Virus record (IMG/VR): IMGVR_UViG_2061766007_001501
Length of the DNA stretch: 64,000 nucleotides
Strand: one strand, 5' to 3'
Source: an uncultured virus (IMG/VR IMGVR_UViG_2061766007_001501)
Taxonomy: Duplodnaviria > Heunggongvirae > Uroviricota > Caudoviricetes
The notes below the pieces were generated by a model, which was not told the DNA's origin, did not search any database, and saw only the letters and a list, made by a program, of their open reading frames with translations. Shown piece after piece: positions 10,201 through 22,063 of this stretch (position 1 is its first letter; every line of letters begins with the position of its first letter). Position numbers and translations under genes: made by a program.

Positions 10201-11922
10201 TTAAAACGGTCTCGCAAACACTTCCACTTTTCCATACGCCAAGCCGCGCAGTTCGTTCTCTAAAAGGCTCAGACCATCAGGTGCATCGTCGTGAGCGACC
10301 TTCCCTGAGCGCGTATATCCTGTCAGTTCCCTGATCATTGCCCCGTACTCGCTTGTCGCTGTATAAAGCGACCTGTCCTTGAAGTAAAAATGCTTCAATA
10401 TCCCGTCCGATGCGTTCTCAATCCGGTTCTGTTTGTTGCTGATCGTTCTCTTCAGCCGGATATTGATTCTGTATCCCGCATCTTTCACTAATTTTTCCAC
10501 GTCCCTGCCAAAGTATTCTCCGGCCGAGTTGGATTCAAATGTACATGTTATAACTTTGTGTTTCATCAGCATGTGAGCGCATTCCGGCTTTGTGTACTGC
10601 GGCGTGCCGTTGTTAAACACGCAATCCTCAATATAGATATCTTCCCCATACACATACGCAATCGGCATCATTACGCTGTCTGTACCTTTTTCCGCTGTAT
10701 CGCACACGGCAACAACCGTATCCGGGTCTTTATTCGGAGGCAGTTCAAAATACCTGTTCAGAGCATTTTCAGGGAAAAGCCGTCCCTTTGCTTCAAACGG
10801 ATGCTGTTGGAACTGGCTTTCCCACTGCATTTCTGTGACCAGTTCCCGCTCGTGCTGATAATATGCCGACGTAAAGATCCTTTTTCCGTTCTGTGTAATC
10901 TCAAAGTTGCTTTCGTCGTTCTCGTTCAGTGCAGGAATTTCAAGTATTTTCGTTCTCCATCCCATATTCGGGGCGACTTCCTGCAATCTTCCGATAGGAT
11001 CATACAGAGAATACCTTGTCCCCTGCGCCACAATCGGNNNNNNNNNNNNNNNNNNNNNNTATCGCCGCGCACCTTATCCCAAAGGAAATCCAAACGGTCC
11101 CGGTTCACGGCCTCTTCTTCATTCTTTACAGTATCGTCCAGATAGATCAGTCCGTCCGGCGTCGCTTCCGTCGAACCGGTAATCTGACCGTCAATCGGTC
11201 GGCATGTGACCGTTGCGAACCGTTTCTTTTCTTTCAGGTTGAATGTCTTTTCATCTGCGTTCGTGCTGACTAATTTTGCTTCCGGAAAGATATCGTAATA
11301 GGCGTATTTTTCTTTCTGTTGCAGCACGTCCAGCATACCGACATAGAAACTCTTGACCAGCATATCGCCCGCGCCGGAACACACAGATGACCCGTTCGGG
11401 CTTCGACCGGCCCGAAACAGCACAAACCACGTTCCTACGGTCGTCTTTCCCGTTCGCTTCGGCTGGCTCACTGTCAGCAGATCCNNNNNNNNNNNNNNNN
11501 NNNNNNNNNNNNNNNNNNNNNNNNNNNNNNNNNNNNNNNTAAAAACGCTCCGCGGGATTCCGGTTCTTTTCCAGATACAGCATGAACGAATCGAAATCAA
11601 TCTTTGCATCAAGAAGCAGACTCTGATAGTACAGCTCGTTCATCCGGTCCAGTCCCGGCTTCCCTTCCGCCGCGATCTTCCGCATGGCACCGCTCAGTTT
11701 CGCCCGGATCGCCCTGTTCGCGTCGTGCCAGTCCTGATCCGCCCGGACCCGCCGTATCACCTCATCCCCGGCATACAGTTCCAGTACGCCGTCCCCGGCT
11801 CGTTCCATTCCGGCCTTGTACAGCGCCAAGGCGTCCTGATACGCTTGCGGTTCCTCCGGCCGCGCGGCCACATACCGCTCGATCTTCTCCCGTTCGGTCA
11901 TGGGTATCCCCCTCTGCATCAC
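10201..11922 (-). CDS. terL: Terminase large subunit (three ORF pieces separated by N gaps)
   Basis: Walker A VSQPKRTGKTT, Walker B LIYLDD, nuclease CDTA and HDDAPD. Confidence 0.9.
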
Positions 11923-11967
11923 TCCTTCCGCAATACTGCGTCTGTAATATGGATTCTGATTGTTCCG

Positions 11968-12408
11968 TTATTCTTCTGTCGCTCTGACCCGTTTCCGTTT
12001 ATACCGCACAAAAAACCGTCCCGGTTCATCCAGTCGCTTGTGCCAGTCAATACAGACCTGTACGCCGTCCTTGTCCCGCAGCACAAACCAGTCCCGCTGT
12101 TTCAGCACGCTCCGCATCGCCCGTTCCTTCATCCGGATCTCGTGTCTGCGGATGCGCCTGCCTTTATTATCAAGCCGTCTCATCACCTTCCAGAACCTTC
12201 TGGAATCGTGCTTGTTCATATAGCACGTCATCGTAATTTCTCCGTCATCCAACCGCGCAATGGGCGTATATTCCCATTCCTGCCCGTCCTCATCCAGTTC
12301 AGTGGCAATCGTGGCGGTACAATCCTGTATGCCAGTAAACGGTGCCATTTCCCCGTCATTGCCGATATACAGTTGTCCTCCCATAAAACCATTCTCAAAC
12401 GGTGGCAT
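11968..12408 (-). CDS. Hypothetical protein
   Basis: 146-aa ORF with SD, in operon orientation. Confidence 0.5.
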   Translation of the reverse strand: MPPFENGFMGGQLYIGNDGEMAPFTGIQDCTATIATELDEDGQEWEYTPIARLDDGEITMTCYMNKHDSRRFWKVMRRLDNKGRRIRRHEIRMKERAMRSVLKQRDWFVLRDKDGVQVCIDWHKRLDEPGRFFVRYKRKRVRATEE

Positions 12409-12409
12409 C

Positions 12410-12904
12410 TTATTCGTTCCCTTCTTTCCTGAACCGGCAGTCCGGCATCGGCTCGTCCGTCAACCGCATCGGCGGATGGCTGTCCACGCCTTTGCTGTCC
12501 GGATGCTCCGCCAGATGGATCTGATACCGGATCGCCTGGTACAGGTTGTAAAGCCTGTACCATTCATCGTCCTTTTTCACATCTTCCCACGTCTGGAAAA
12601 TCTGCAAAAACGCCGCCTTTAAGCATTGATCCGCAGCGTCCCGTCTGTGAATATGCTTGTTAAACCGTTCCTTATCGACCTTCCCGGTCTTTTCGTCAAA
12701 GTAATCGTCTGGCATAACAGCCCTTGTGATCTCTTCCGGCTGATTGATTTTCAGCCGCATCAGCAGTTCAACCGCTTTCATCGCCGTATGTGCCTGCTCG
12801 CTGTTCATCGTCAGGACGTACTCTACTCCCGCCATCCAGCTTTGCCTCCTTTCCTGTCCATAAGGATTAGGGTTTTCCTTGCGTTTGTTCATCGTTTTAC
12901 CCAT
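12410..12904 (-). CDS. Hypothetical phage protein
   Basis: 164-aa ORF coupled to its neighbours. Confidence 0.6.
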   Translation of the reverse strand: MGKTMNKRKENPNPYGQERRQSWMAGVEYVLTMNSEQAHTAMKAVELLMRLKINQPEEITRAVMPDDYFDEKTGKVDKERFNKHIHRRDAADQCLKAAFLQIFQTWEDVKKDDEWYRLYNLYQAIRYQIHLAEHPDSKGVDSHPPMRLTDEPMPDCRFRKEGNE

Positions 12905-13166
12905 CCAACCGTTTCTGCCATCGTTCCAGTTTCGCCGCTTTATAATCGGCTATAACCCGCCGGTTAATGCTCATCTGATCCAGATACAGTTCAACGTCAC
13001 CGATTTCTTCCAGAAAGCACTCATACTGAATATCAGGATCAGCCGGTGTCGGGTTTGTTCCGTCATAACATCGCCGGAGTTTCAATGCGGCCTGGGCAAG
13101 TTCTGCCGCTTCTTCTGCCAATCCTGCCAGCNNNNNNNNNNNNNNNNNNNNTTTAATAATGCTCAT
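12897..13166 (-). CDS. MazG-like nucleotide pyrophosphohydrolase
   Basis: EEAAELAQAALK...EEIGDV (ExxE...ExxD). Confidence 0.65.
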   Translation of the reverse strand: MSIIKXXXXXXXLAGLAEEAAELAQAALKLRRCYDGTNPTPADPDIQYECFLEEIGDVELYLDQMSINRRVIADYKAAKLERWQKRLDG

Positions 13167-13193
13167 GTTTTCTCCTTTATTGTTGCCTTTAAG

Positions 13194-16100
13194 TCAGCAC
13201 CCGTCTCCTTCGATGCCTTTCCATTCTTCTTTTTCCATCTGTTCTTTTGTAGGCCTGTCTGACCAAAACCTGAAGTATTCGTTATGATGCCCTTTCCCTT
13301 CTCTGTTTTGTACAATGGTTGCATACGGTATTTTATGCACCGTATCCGGAAACATCGTTCCATGGAAGGATAGAATCAGACTGCCTGTATTGATTGCCCA
13401 ACAAGCCATAGGAACTACTTTCCCGTTATGCTTGATAAACCGCTCTACAACAAGAGGTGTCCCGGCTTCCATCGTTTGCAATTCTTCCGGTGTAAGTAAT
13501 CTCGGTGTTGCTTCTTTTGCTTCCTCAACGTATTTCATAGCATCAAGCAAACCATCTATCGCACCGCACTCATAGCTGTCTTCCTCAACACATCCTGCAG
13601 TTCTTGAACAAATCTCACTTTTAAGTTTTCCGATACGTTCTGCAAGTGCGTCTGCATCAATCAGTCTCATTGGCTTCACCTACCTTCCCACTTTATCGGT
13701 TTACCGCACCACGGACACGTTATCCATCCGTCCATCTCAATGACTTTATTGCAATTACCGCAACGCTGTTCAACAGTCGATACTCTTGGTTTTACCGCTT
13801 CCTGCTCTTTCATCAGGGAAAGAATTTCTTTCAGCACATCCAGTGTTACAATCAGAGCGTTATGACTGTTGTTTTCTGCCATCGCTATTTTGGTTTCAAG
13901 CGCTCTGCTGACAATATATACCCTATCTGTCATTCACTTCACACCTCTTCATATTTTGTTAGATATGTGAGCAACAACTCTACCGCAATGCCGACAGTAG
14001 TTATCATGAATGTCTATTTGTCCACCACAATCTCCACAAATGTAGTGCCAACTTTGATAATCAAGAATTGCCTTTTCTACCTTTGGCGCAACCGCATCCA
14101 GTTCTTTCATAGGGCACCATTCCGGTCTGCCTTGTCCGAACTCATGAACATCGTTTTCGCCCCATCCTCTGCCATTGCAAGGAATTGCACATATCAAATA
14201 TTCATTGCAAGCAGGACAATTGAGACAGTCATTTGGCATCTTCATATCAATCTGTATCATTCCCACTTCACCGCCTGTCCGCAATAACCGCAATGGTTTC
14301 TGTGGNNNNNNNNNNNNNNNNNNNNNNNNNNNNNNNNNNNNNNNNNNNNNNNNNNNNNNNNNNNNNNNNNNNNNNNNNNNNNNNNNNNNNNNNNNNNNNN
14401 NNNNNNNNNNNNNNNNNNNNNNNNNNNNNNNNNNNNNNNNNNNNNNNNNNNNNNNNNNNNNNNNNNNNNNNNNNNNNNNNNNNNNNNNNNNNNNNNNNNN
14501 NNNNATGTCAATCATTCCCACTTCACCGCCTGTCCGCAATACGGGCAATACTTCATACCTCTCATTAAATCAGTGTTACATTTGCCACACTTGATAAAAT
14601 GATTCCGTTTTCCATCAATGTATTTCGGTGTTACCGCTTCCTGCTCTTTCAGCAGGGCAAGGGCATCGTCATGCAAAACAGCAATGCACTCAATCCCGCC
14701 CAGATCGATCTGTTCTTCTGTCTGTACATCCTTGTACGGGCATACACCACACGATGTTTTATCTGGCCCCAAGTCATGCACCATTACGTGGCAACACTCA
14801 AACCCTTTGATAATCTTCTCTCTGTCAGGCATCGTCACTCATCCTCCACGATCCGCCGGATTTGTTTCATATAGCACAGCATTTTCAGCAGTTGCATGAA
14901 CTCCACGCAGTCGATCTCCACCGTGCCAGTCCGATTTTCGTGCATCTCCTGCATTTTTGCCCTCATATAGGTATACAGATCATCCATGTTTGCCCTCCCG
15001 ATCTATTCTATTGTTGCCTTTAAGTCACAGGCTTGATTCCGAACACGCAGTATCCGTCCTCAATTCCCCATCCAGACAGAACATATGTGATTTCATAGCG
15101 TTTCTTTGATAACGGATGGTCTACATACTCACATCCATCAGCATACAGAACAATAAAATCAACATAATCACCCTTCTGATAACCCCTGTCATTCTTTCTA
15201 ACTTCAAATGTTTTGTCACCGGAATATACAGCATCAGCGAATGAATCCAGTATCTTAATCCTGTGTAATTGATTCAGCATTGTTCATCCTCCATCTGATT
15301 TATTGCGTCATTTCAACCGGATGGCCGATCACGGTCGGACCTTAACCCGGTGTTGCCTTTAAGTCATAATCACTTCATCTGCTTTTTCTACGCTGATAAA
15401 GAATAATTCAATCTCCCTTGCACATTTTTCACAAAGGTCATAATCTGCCTGTATGCTTGTGATGTACTCGCCATCATGTTGATTTATGCATTTTCTTTTT
15501 CTGTTAATTGTTATCAAAGCATCAACACCAACGATTGTTTTGCATTTATCGCATTGCTTTATAATCGCCATATCACTTCACCGACCTTCCTTCATTCTCT
15601 ATCTACAAGCACACAAAGAAATTCTTTTGTGTTATCAAACCCTACCGCTATGTAACCAGTTCCTTCCAACGCATCATTGATCTTGTTGAGAATTTCAGCT
15701 ATGTCTTCTTGTCTAACGTCGCTCATTACTCTCACCGACCTTCCATTCGTTCTTTTGCCCACTCGATTGCTTTTCTGCATGAATCGCAAAGTCCATGCGC
15801 TTCTCCCATAATTATCGCATCATACAAATCGTGGTTAAATTCTGGGTATTCCCATTTGCCACAAACAAGACATCGTGTTGCTGGCATGGAAATCTGGCGT
15901 TTTATTTTGATTGTTTCTGTTGCAGGTATATCAGCCCTGTCTGTCATTCCAATTTCACCTGCCTTCCTTGCGTCAAACATTACTCCGTCAATATATTTGC
16001 CCTGTACGGCTCCACCTTCTCCTGGCACCACGGGCAGTACGGATACAAACACCGCTTTGCCGATCCGCTGTTCATCCGGCTCTTGCTGCTGCTTCCGTGA

Positions 16101-18550
16101 TGGTACGTTACCTGTCCGTTGCAGTACGGGCAAATGAATGTAACACTGGACGGCCCGTTGCCCTTCGGTATCCATTCTTTCATTCCCATCCCACCTTTTG
16201 CCCACAGTTTGAACAGTACTTCGGTTTTCCGTGCAGCATCGACGTGCACGCTTTGCACCAGTGCTGTATCTGTCCGTTCTCCCCGCGCCGGACCTTGCTT
16301 TTCGGTTTCGTTGGAATCTGCTTCTTCACAATCCAAATCACGTCCGTATACATTTCATGCAATTCGCCATCGTCCTGAACCAGTTCACAGTCCTCACACT
16401 TCCGGTCGCAGTCCGCGTGACTGCCACGAAGCATACATTCATGCTCGATTTCCAACAGTTCAACCATGCGTTGTACCGTCATTTCGTGTTCTCTCGCTTT
16501 CTTTTTGTGTTTTCTTACCGCAAAAAAATTACGGTTGTTCCTTTTTCTTCCGGTTCGCAATGGCGACCGCCAGNNNNNNNNNNNNNNNNNNNNNNNNNNN
16601 NNNNNNATCGCCTATGTCGTCGCTTCTGTTCGGCCACTGTACTCCGTTCCGGGCCAGAATGTCCACAATCCACCTGATTTCTACCTTCTCAGCGGCCAAC
16701 GCTTCACGCTCAGCAGAAAAGACTCTATCCATTTCTTCCAATTCCTTCATTTTCGCCCTTCTTTCGTATCCGCATCCAACTCCCGCAGCACCATATCAGT
16801 TCTCATCTGCGTCACCGCAGCATTCCACCCGTCCAGCAACACCTTGCTGCACTCGAAACAATAGTGACTGTCTCCGCTGTATTCCATATGCATTGTTACA
16901 AACGGTTTCCATTTAATCTCTTTCCCACAATTGTCACATAGCACTTTCGTTACAATCATTCCAGCTCACCTCCGTCTCTGGTTGTTCCGCTTGGCCTGCT
17001 CGGCTCGCTGCCGTCTCTTCCAGTCAGGCTCCTTGCCATACGCCCAGTAGTCCCTGCGGTTATAGTACGCACGCATGTCCGCCGCGTCTTCCTGGAACAT
17101 AAACACAACCGCACCGACAATGACGCCCACAATCGCCGCCGGTCCCCAGCTTCCAAACAGTATCCCTATAAACAGAAACACGATCAACCCTACGATCATA
17201 TTTTACACCACCTTACTTCATCGGTACAATCGTTCCGGTCACTTCCACATGCATCGTCTGTGTCAGAATCCAGACAGCAATCAGCAACCCAATCACAACT
17301 GCAACAACAATCCCCGCTGTACTCGTCTGTTTTCCTCCGTTAGTCCCTCTTGCGTTTCTGATTGCTTCATGATCCTCCGCTGTCCTCATGAAAACCGGTT
17401 TGTTCTCCGGATTCTCAATAACATCACCAGCATCCAATGGTCTTCCGCAATGAGGGCAGGTTTTCGCCAGTTTGCTCACAATCTTTCCGCAATCCGGACA
17501 AAGTCCTGTTTTCGGTTCGTTCGGTGTCTGTCCTTCTCCGGACAAACTCGCCCCGATCTGTTTCATTGCGTTTCCTAATGCTGTACCCATTTTTCACAAT
17601 CTCCTTTCGCAATTCTGCGCCTGTAATAGCCTTTTTTGAATTTTGGCGCGTTTTTTTTAGCCACACCGTATCCGGGGGTATCCGTCCCACTCCGGACCGG
17701 GGTAGGTCACGCCACATGTGCATAGAAGCACCCGCGCCCACCACACTCGTATCCGCCATACGCCTTCAACCGATACAGTCCATCATAATAATACTCCGCC
17801 TCATGCTCGTCTACATTCCGTACCGTCCCCGGCCGGATCGTGTCCACCCAGAAATACTTCGTACCGTTGATCTTAAACCGCCGTCTCCGTCCAGGCACTC
17901 GCTGAAGTTCTCAATCAACTTCTCCAGTGTCCGCATTCGGTGACTTTCCCGCCAGCTCAAATGCAGCGATTCCGAATCGGACAGGATGATCTCATAGTTC
18001 TCGTACACGGCCTATTCCTCCCTCTGATACGGCTTCGGCATTGGCATCCATGCAACCGGGTCAGGAATCAGCTTGCCAAGTTCTCCTATCGTACATCCGT
18101 CGCTTCTGTACCACATCGTTCCGCTTGCGGGAGTCCGTATCGTATACGCACAAACCACACCGGCAACATATTCATTTCCATCTTCGTCCATGTGTGGCGG
18201 CATCGTGACAAGCACGATCTCCTGACGTTCCGGACCGTTCTGTTTTGAACACGGAATCCAATCACTCATTCCGCGCCATCCTGTTCCGCCACGTTCTGCT
18301 CCGCCCCGGCCGTCAGCACCACGCTCCCGCTCTCCGATTCCCACACGCCAGTCACCGGCGCCCGGTGATACCCGCTCCCGTCCGTCCATTCTGCTTCAAG
18401 ATGTGCTGTGTCCGGAAGGTTCAGTTTTTGCAGGTCAGAGAGCGTGCGGTGGGTTTCCTTCCTTCTCCGCGACAATCTGAGCATAAGCGGTCGTTCCCGC
18501 TGCGCTCTGATAAACTCGTCCACAATCGGCTGGTACTCAATCGGTTTCAC
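13194..18550 (-). other. Array of about 18 short tightly coupled hypothetical genes, many with CxxC Zn-ribbons
   Basis: ORFs including 13194-13679, 13676-13933, 13949-14260, 14512-14838, 15359-15571, 16529-16750, 16747-16959, 16966-17199, 17213-17590, 18266-18550; overlapping stop/start codons; visibly AT-richer at 13.2-15.9 kb. Confidence 0.7.
15020..15280 (-). CDS. DUF3850/ASCH-like domain protein
   Basis: HRIKILDSFADAVYSGDKTFEVRKNDRGYQKGD. Confidence 0.75.
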   Translation of the reverse strand: MLNQLHRIKILDSFADAVYSGDKTFEVRKNDRGYQKGDYVDFIVLYADGCEYVDHPLSKKRYEITYVLSGWGIEDGYCVFGIKPVT

Positions 18551-18564
18551 ATCAGTTCACTCCT

Positions 18565-19146
18565 TTACGCTATGTTCCGTACCCGGTTGTACCAGGTCGA
18601 TTTTGAAATCCCAAGCCTTTTACAACAGGAGTACACCGTTTCTTCACCGGACAAACTCTTCTCATACAATTCGGCAAACAATCGCTCATCCACCTTCTTC
18701 TGTTTCCTGCCCTCTCTGTACTTTGGATCATGCTCCCGCCTTACTCGCTTGCCTTCGTTCGTCCGCTCAATAATCATATCCCGCTCAAACTCCGCAAACG
18801 CAAACATCACGCTCGCAAGCAGCCGTCCTATCGGCGTATTGTCCAACATCCCCATGTTTAAAACATGAACGGCTATTCCATCGTCCATCAGCTTCCGCAC
18901 AAGATCCGCACCGCCGACAACCGTCCGGGCCAATCGATCCAGTTTCGTGACAACAAGCCTGTCGCCAGACTTCAACAGTCCTATCAGCTTCGTAAATTCC
19001 GGACGATCCATCTTTGTTCCGGTATACGCATCGTGAAAAATCTGTTCGCATCCGGCTTGCTTCAGTGCGGACATCTGCGATTCCACACTGTTGCCATCTC
19101 GCTCTTGCCCGCGAGTGCTGACCCGGATATATCCGTAAATCATCAT
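18565..19146 (-). CDS. Small serine recombinase (resolvase/invertase family)
   Basis: YGYIRVST catalytic Ser, VVTKLDRLAR, FAEFERDMIIER, C-terminal HTH. Confidence 0.95.
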   Translation of the reverse strand: MMIYGYIRVSTRGQERDGNSVESQMSALKQAGCEQIFHDAYTGTKMDRPEFTKLIGLLKSGDRLVVTKLDRLARTVVGGADLVRKLMDDGIAVHVLNMGMLDNTPIGRLLASVMFAFAEFERDMIIERTNEGKRVRREHDPKYREGRKQKKVDERLFAELYEKSLSGEETVYSCCKRLGISKSTWYNRVRNIA

Positions 19147-19448
19147 TCATCACCTTCCTCTGACACGTCATCCGCTGGATTCTGTTCACTATCGTCCAGC
19201 GTGATCGTAAACGTCGGGTAGTACTCCCTTCCGGTTTCCGGGTCGTCAATCCGGCGCGTACTCTTCATGACAATCTCACATCCCATGGCATTCGCAATCC
19301 GAATCAGATTGTCCACGCGCATATGGCTCTTTCCTCTCAACATTTCCGATATGTTGCTCTGCCTTTTAAACCCGGCCATATGTGCAACAGTTCCTTGATC
19401 CAATCGTCTCGCCTTCATCATGGCGCGAACCGCATCACGTACATTCAT
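19143..19448 (-). CDS. XRE-type HTH regulator
   Basis: QGTVAHMAGFKRQSNISEMLRG...MRVDNLIRIANAMG. Confidence 0.8.
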   Translation of the reverse strand: MNVRDAVRAMMKARRLDQGTVAHMAGFKRQSNISEMLRGKSHMRVDNLIRIANAMGCEIVMKSTRRIDDPETGREYYPTFTITLDDSEQNPADDVSEEGDE

Positions 19449-19477
19449 GTTATTGCGCCTCCTTGTTGTTTGTGATT

Positions 19478-19507
19478 ATTGTATATCAATATTTTCTGTT
19501 TTGTCAA
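19478..19507 (-). promoter_or_regulatory. SigmaA promoter for the HTH-recombinase operon
   Basis: TTGACA-N18-TACAAT, followed by an AAGGAGG SD. Confidence 0.65.
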
Positions 19508-19584
19508 GGGCTTTTTTCTGATTTTCGGCGGTGGGAGGGGCGAGAAGGGTGTCCGGGGTTANNNNNNNNNNNNNNNNNNCTGGT

Positions 19585-19664
19585 CTGTAAAAAATCAGCG
19601 GGGAAAATTACAGCTTCCCCTGTAAAAATCAGCAGGGGAAAATTACAGCTTCCCCTGTAAAAAT
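19585..19664 (+). repeat. Tandem repeat of about 35 bp (two full units plus a partial) containing TTACA-N8-TGTAA
   Basis: ctgtaaaaa(a)tcagc(a)ggggaaaattacagcttccc repeated; left side cut by an N gap. Confidence 0.85.
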
Positions 19665-19840
19665 ATCGTCTGAAAATTGAACAGTTGCCGCATGAAAACA
19701 GACGAACAGAATTTTCTGAAAATTTTTTTATTTTTTTTTGAAAAAAAGAAGGGAAAACAGAATTTTCTGTAGAATTGTTACTACGTAACAGAATTTTCTG
19801 TTACACAAAAACCTAACAAATAAAGAAAGAAGGGTAAAAA

Positions 19841-20773
19841 ATGAGACGGGAAGCAAGGCAGGAAAGAACAGTGGATATCGCAAACGTTGCCGGATATCAT
19901 CACGGCAATAGTCAGTACGATGAATTTTTAGTATTTGCATCTGACCGTCCGAACAAGGCGAATCGCAACTACACGTTGCAGAAAGACGGAACGCTTCCGG
20001 CCATGATCGGGATTGAGTTTGAGACGGAGTGCTGGGGAATCACGAACAGCACAATCTATGCAAACCTTCTCCGCGACGTCGTGTTTAAAGTCTTTCCGGC
20101 AAACCTTTGGAAGATTGAATCTGATTGTACGCTGGACGGCGGCGACGTCGGCGCGGAGTGCATCACTCAGCCGATGACAAAAGCTTTCATCAGAAACCAC
20201 TATCGCGACTTCAAAGCTATGTATCAGTATTTCGAATCATTCGGAATCAGTGCTTCCCGTTCCGGCAATTGCGGACAGCATGCGCATATATCCCTAACAT
20301 GCTTCGGACGGACAAAAGCTGCGCAGGATGAAGCGATCAGAAAGCTGTTCTACATCGTTAACCGCCATTACGATCTGATTTGCGCACTGCTTTACAGACG
20401 CGCGGACAGACAACATTGGTGCGGACGCATGGATTATACGGAAGCCTGGACAATGGACTTGAATAACATGAGCGGCAGTCACGGGAATGGATGCAATTAC
20501 AGCCATTACAGCAACGGCAATATTGAGCTTCGCATCCCGGGCGGTCAGTTAGATTATCCCTGTTTCAGAAACACAATGGAAAGTATCTTCCATCTGATTG
20601 AAGCATCGAAAAGCATCAGCCGGAAAGATTGCGATGATATCACGAAAATTTTTGCCGGATGCAATCAGCATGTATTTGATCGTCTCCGTTCTTACTGCTT
20701 TGAGCGCGGAACAATCAGCGCGGAACAGCTGGAATCAATCCGCGCAACCGTGAAAACGGTTGATTTCAGATGA
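19841..20773 (+). CDS. Putative amidoligase (COOH-NH2 ligase type 2)
   Basis: IGIEFE, ESDCTL, GAECITQPM, CGQHAHIS, NIELR motifs. Confidence 0.8.
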   Translation: MRREARQERTVDIANVAGYHHGNSQYDEFLVFASDRPNKANRNYTLQKDGTLPAMIGIEFETECWGITNSTIYANLLRDVVFKVFPANLWKIESDCTLDGGDVGAECITQPMTKAFIRNHYRDFKAMYQYFESFGISASRSGNCGQHAHISLTCFGRTKAAQDEAIRKLFYIVNRHYDLICALLYRRADRQHWCGRMDYTEAWTMDLNNMSGSHGNGCNYSHYSNGNIELRIPGGQLDYPCFRNTMESIFHLIEASKSISRKDCDDITKIFAGCNQHVFDRLRSYCFERGTISAEQLESIRATVKTVDFR

Positions 20774-20883
20774 AGCAAAACGGCCGCAATTGCGGCGGCC
20801 GTTTANNNNNNNNNNNNNNNNNNNNNNNNNNNCGCTGTAAACGGCTGAAAAAGCCGAATAAAAGATGAAAGAAGGATATTCCA

Positions 20884-21225
20884 ATGACGAACAGCACAAT
20901 CATTCTAAACGAATCATTCAGACTGATGAAAGAAGGCGTCTTGTCCGGGTCCGGTCGCTTTGTACAGATCGACGGCGAAAACGGCCCGGAAACAGTAGAA
21001 TTGCCGGAAGCTATTCACACGTTCGCGGCATGGAAGGCGCGCGGTTATATCGTCCGTAAAGGCGAACACGCTATAGCCACTTTCCATGTATGGAAGTATT
21101 CAGACCGTCGCCGCGCTGATGCTGAAGAAAGCGAAACGGACGGCGAGCAGGAAAACGGCGGGCGTTGTTTCCTAAAAAAGTCGTTTTTCTTCAAAGCTTC
21201 TCAGGTAGAAAAAATTACAGCGTGA
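20884..21225 (+). CDS. ArdC N-terminal-like ssDNA-binding protein
   Basis: HTFAAWKARGYIVRKGEHAI...FFFKASQV matches the TFxxWxxxGxxVxKGE pattern. Confidence 0.7.
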   Translation: MTNSTIILNESFRLMKEGVLSGSGRFVQIDGENGPETVELPEAIHTFAAWKARGYIVRKGEHAIATFHVWKYSDRRRADAEESETDGEQENGGRCFLKKSFFFKASQVEKITA

Positions 21226-21296
21226 ACCGTAAAAACTCCGGCCCGTTTTGCGCGGGCAGGCGGGCCGGATAAAAAATACATTGGAGGTTGTAAAAA

Positions 21297-21494
21297 ATGA
21301 GCATCGGAAAAAACGTGTACTTCATCCCGTCCCTGAGCGAAAAACCAATCAAGGGAAAAATCGTAAAAATTCACACTACTTGCTGTAATTTTCGGGAAAT
21401 AACGATCAGAACTAAATCGGGCAATGAATACACCGGAACAGCTAATCAATTCTCGATCGGATATCCCGCCATTTGCAATTATTGGAGGTGCTGA
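21297..21494 (+). CDS. Hypothetical protein
   Basis: GGAGG SD inside the palindrome, ATG at 21297. Confidence 0.55.
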   Translation: MSIGKNVYFIPSLSEKPIKGKIVKIHTTCCNFREITIRTKSGNEYTGTANQFSIGYPAICNYWRC

Positions 21495-21645
21495 AAATGC
21501 TGTGTGTTCGTTTCGGTAAAGTATGTTTTCAAGTGTTCAATCGTGAGCGCGGGCGCTGGGAGTATATCCGTTTTGAGAAGTGGCTAAACATGCCAGAAGG
21601 TGCCCGGAAAAAGTACGATTATTAATTACAAGGGAGGATGTAAAA

Positions 21646-21843
21646 ATGAAAACTTGCCGCAAGTGTGGATCTGAAATCGTAAACGGGCGAAACGGCTGTC
21701 AGTTGCTCGAAGATATTTGCTTCGATTGTAATGGCGGCCATCCACATTATCCGCCGCCCGTCCGGATTGATTATCCGGAATCCATGGATTATCTCGACTG
21801 GATTGAAGGCAAATGTTTATCAATGGGTTATATGCCTGAATAA
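21646..21843 (+). CDS. Small Cys-rich hypothetical protein
   Basis: MKTCRKCG...CFDC; SD inside the palindrome. Confidence 0.6.
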   Translation: MKTCRKCGSEIVNGRNGCQLLEDICFDCNGGHPHYPPPVRIDYPESMDYLDWIEGKCLSMGYMPE

Positions 21844-21865
21844 TTTACAAGGGGGATTGTAAAAA

Positions 21866-22051
21866 ATGATTATCAATGACGTTGCCCATCTCATGACATC
21901 ACCGTTTATCGTTCGCCGTTCCGACGGTGCTATCCTTTACGACACAACGCAGCTTCATTGCGATCTTCCGCCGGATGTCGCCATATTGGAAATAAAATCT
22001 ATCCGTTCCGTTTCGTTTCCGAATTATCCCGTGATTATCTTTGACGTCTGA
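21866..22051 (+). CDS. Hypothetical protein
   Basis: 61 aa; SD inside the palindrome. Confidence 0.55.
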   Translation: MIINDVAHLMTSPFIVRRSDGAILYDTTQLHCDLPPDVAILEIKSIRSVSFPNYPVIIFDV

Positions 22052-22063
22052 GAGGTGATAAGA

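Noticed and set aside
19585..19664. 35-bp repeat as a mini-CRISPR array
   Set aside because: Units are directly tandem with no unique spacers, and there are no cas genes
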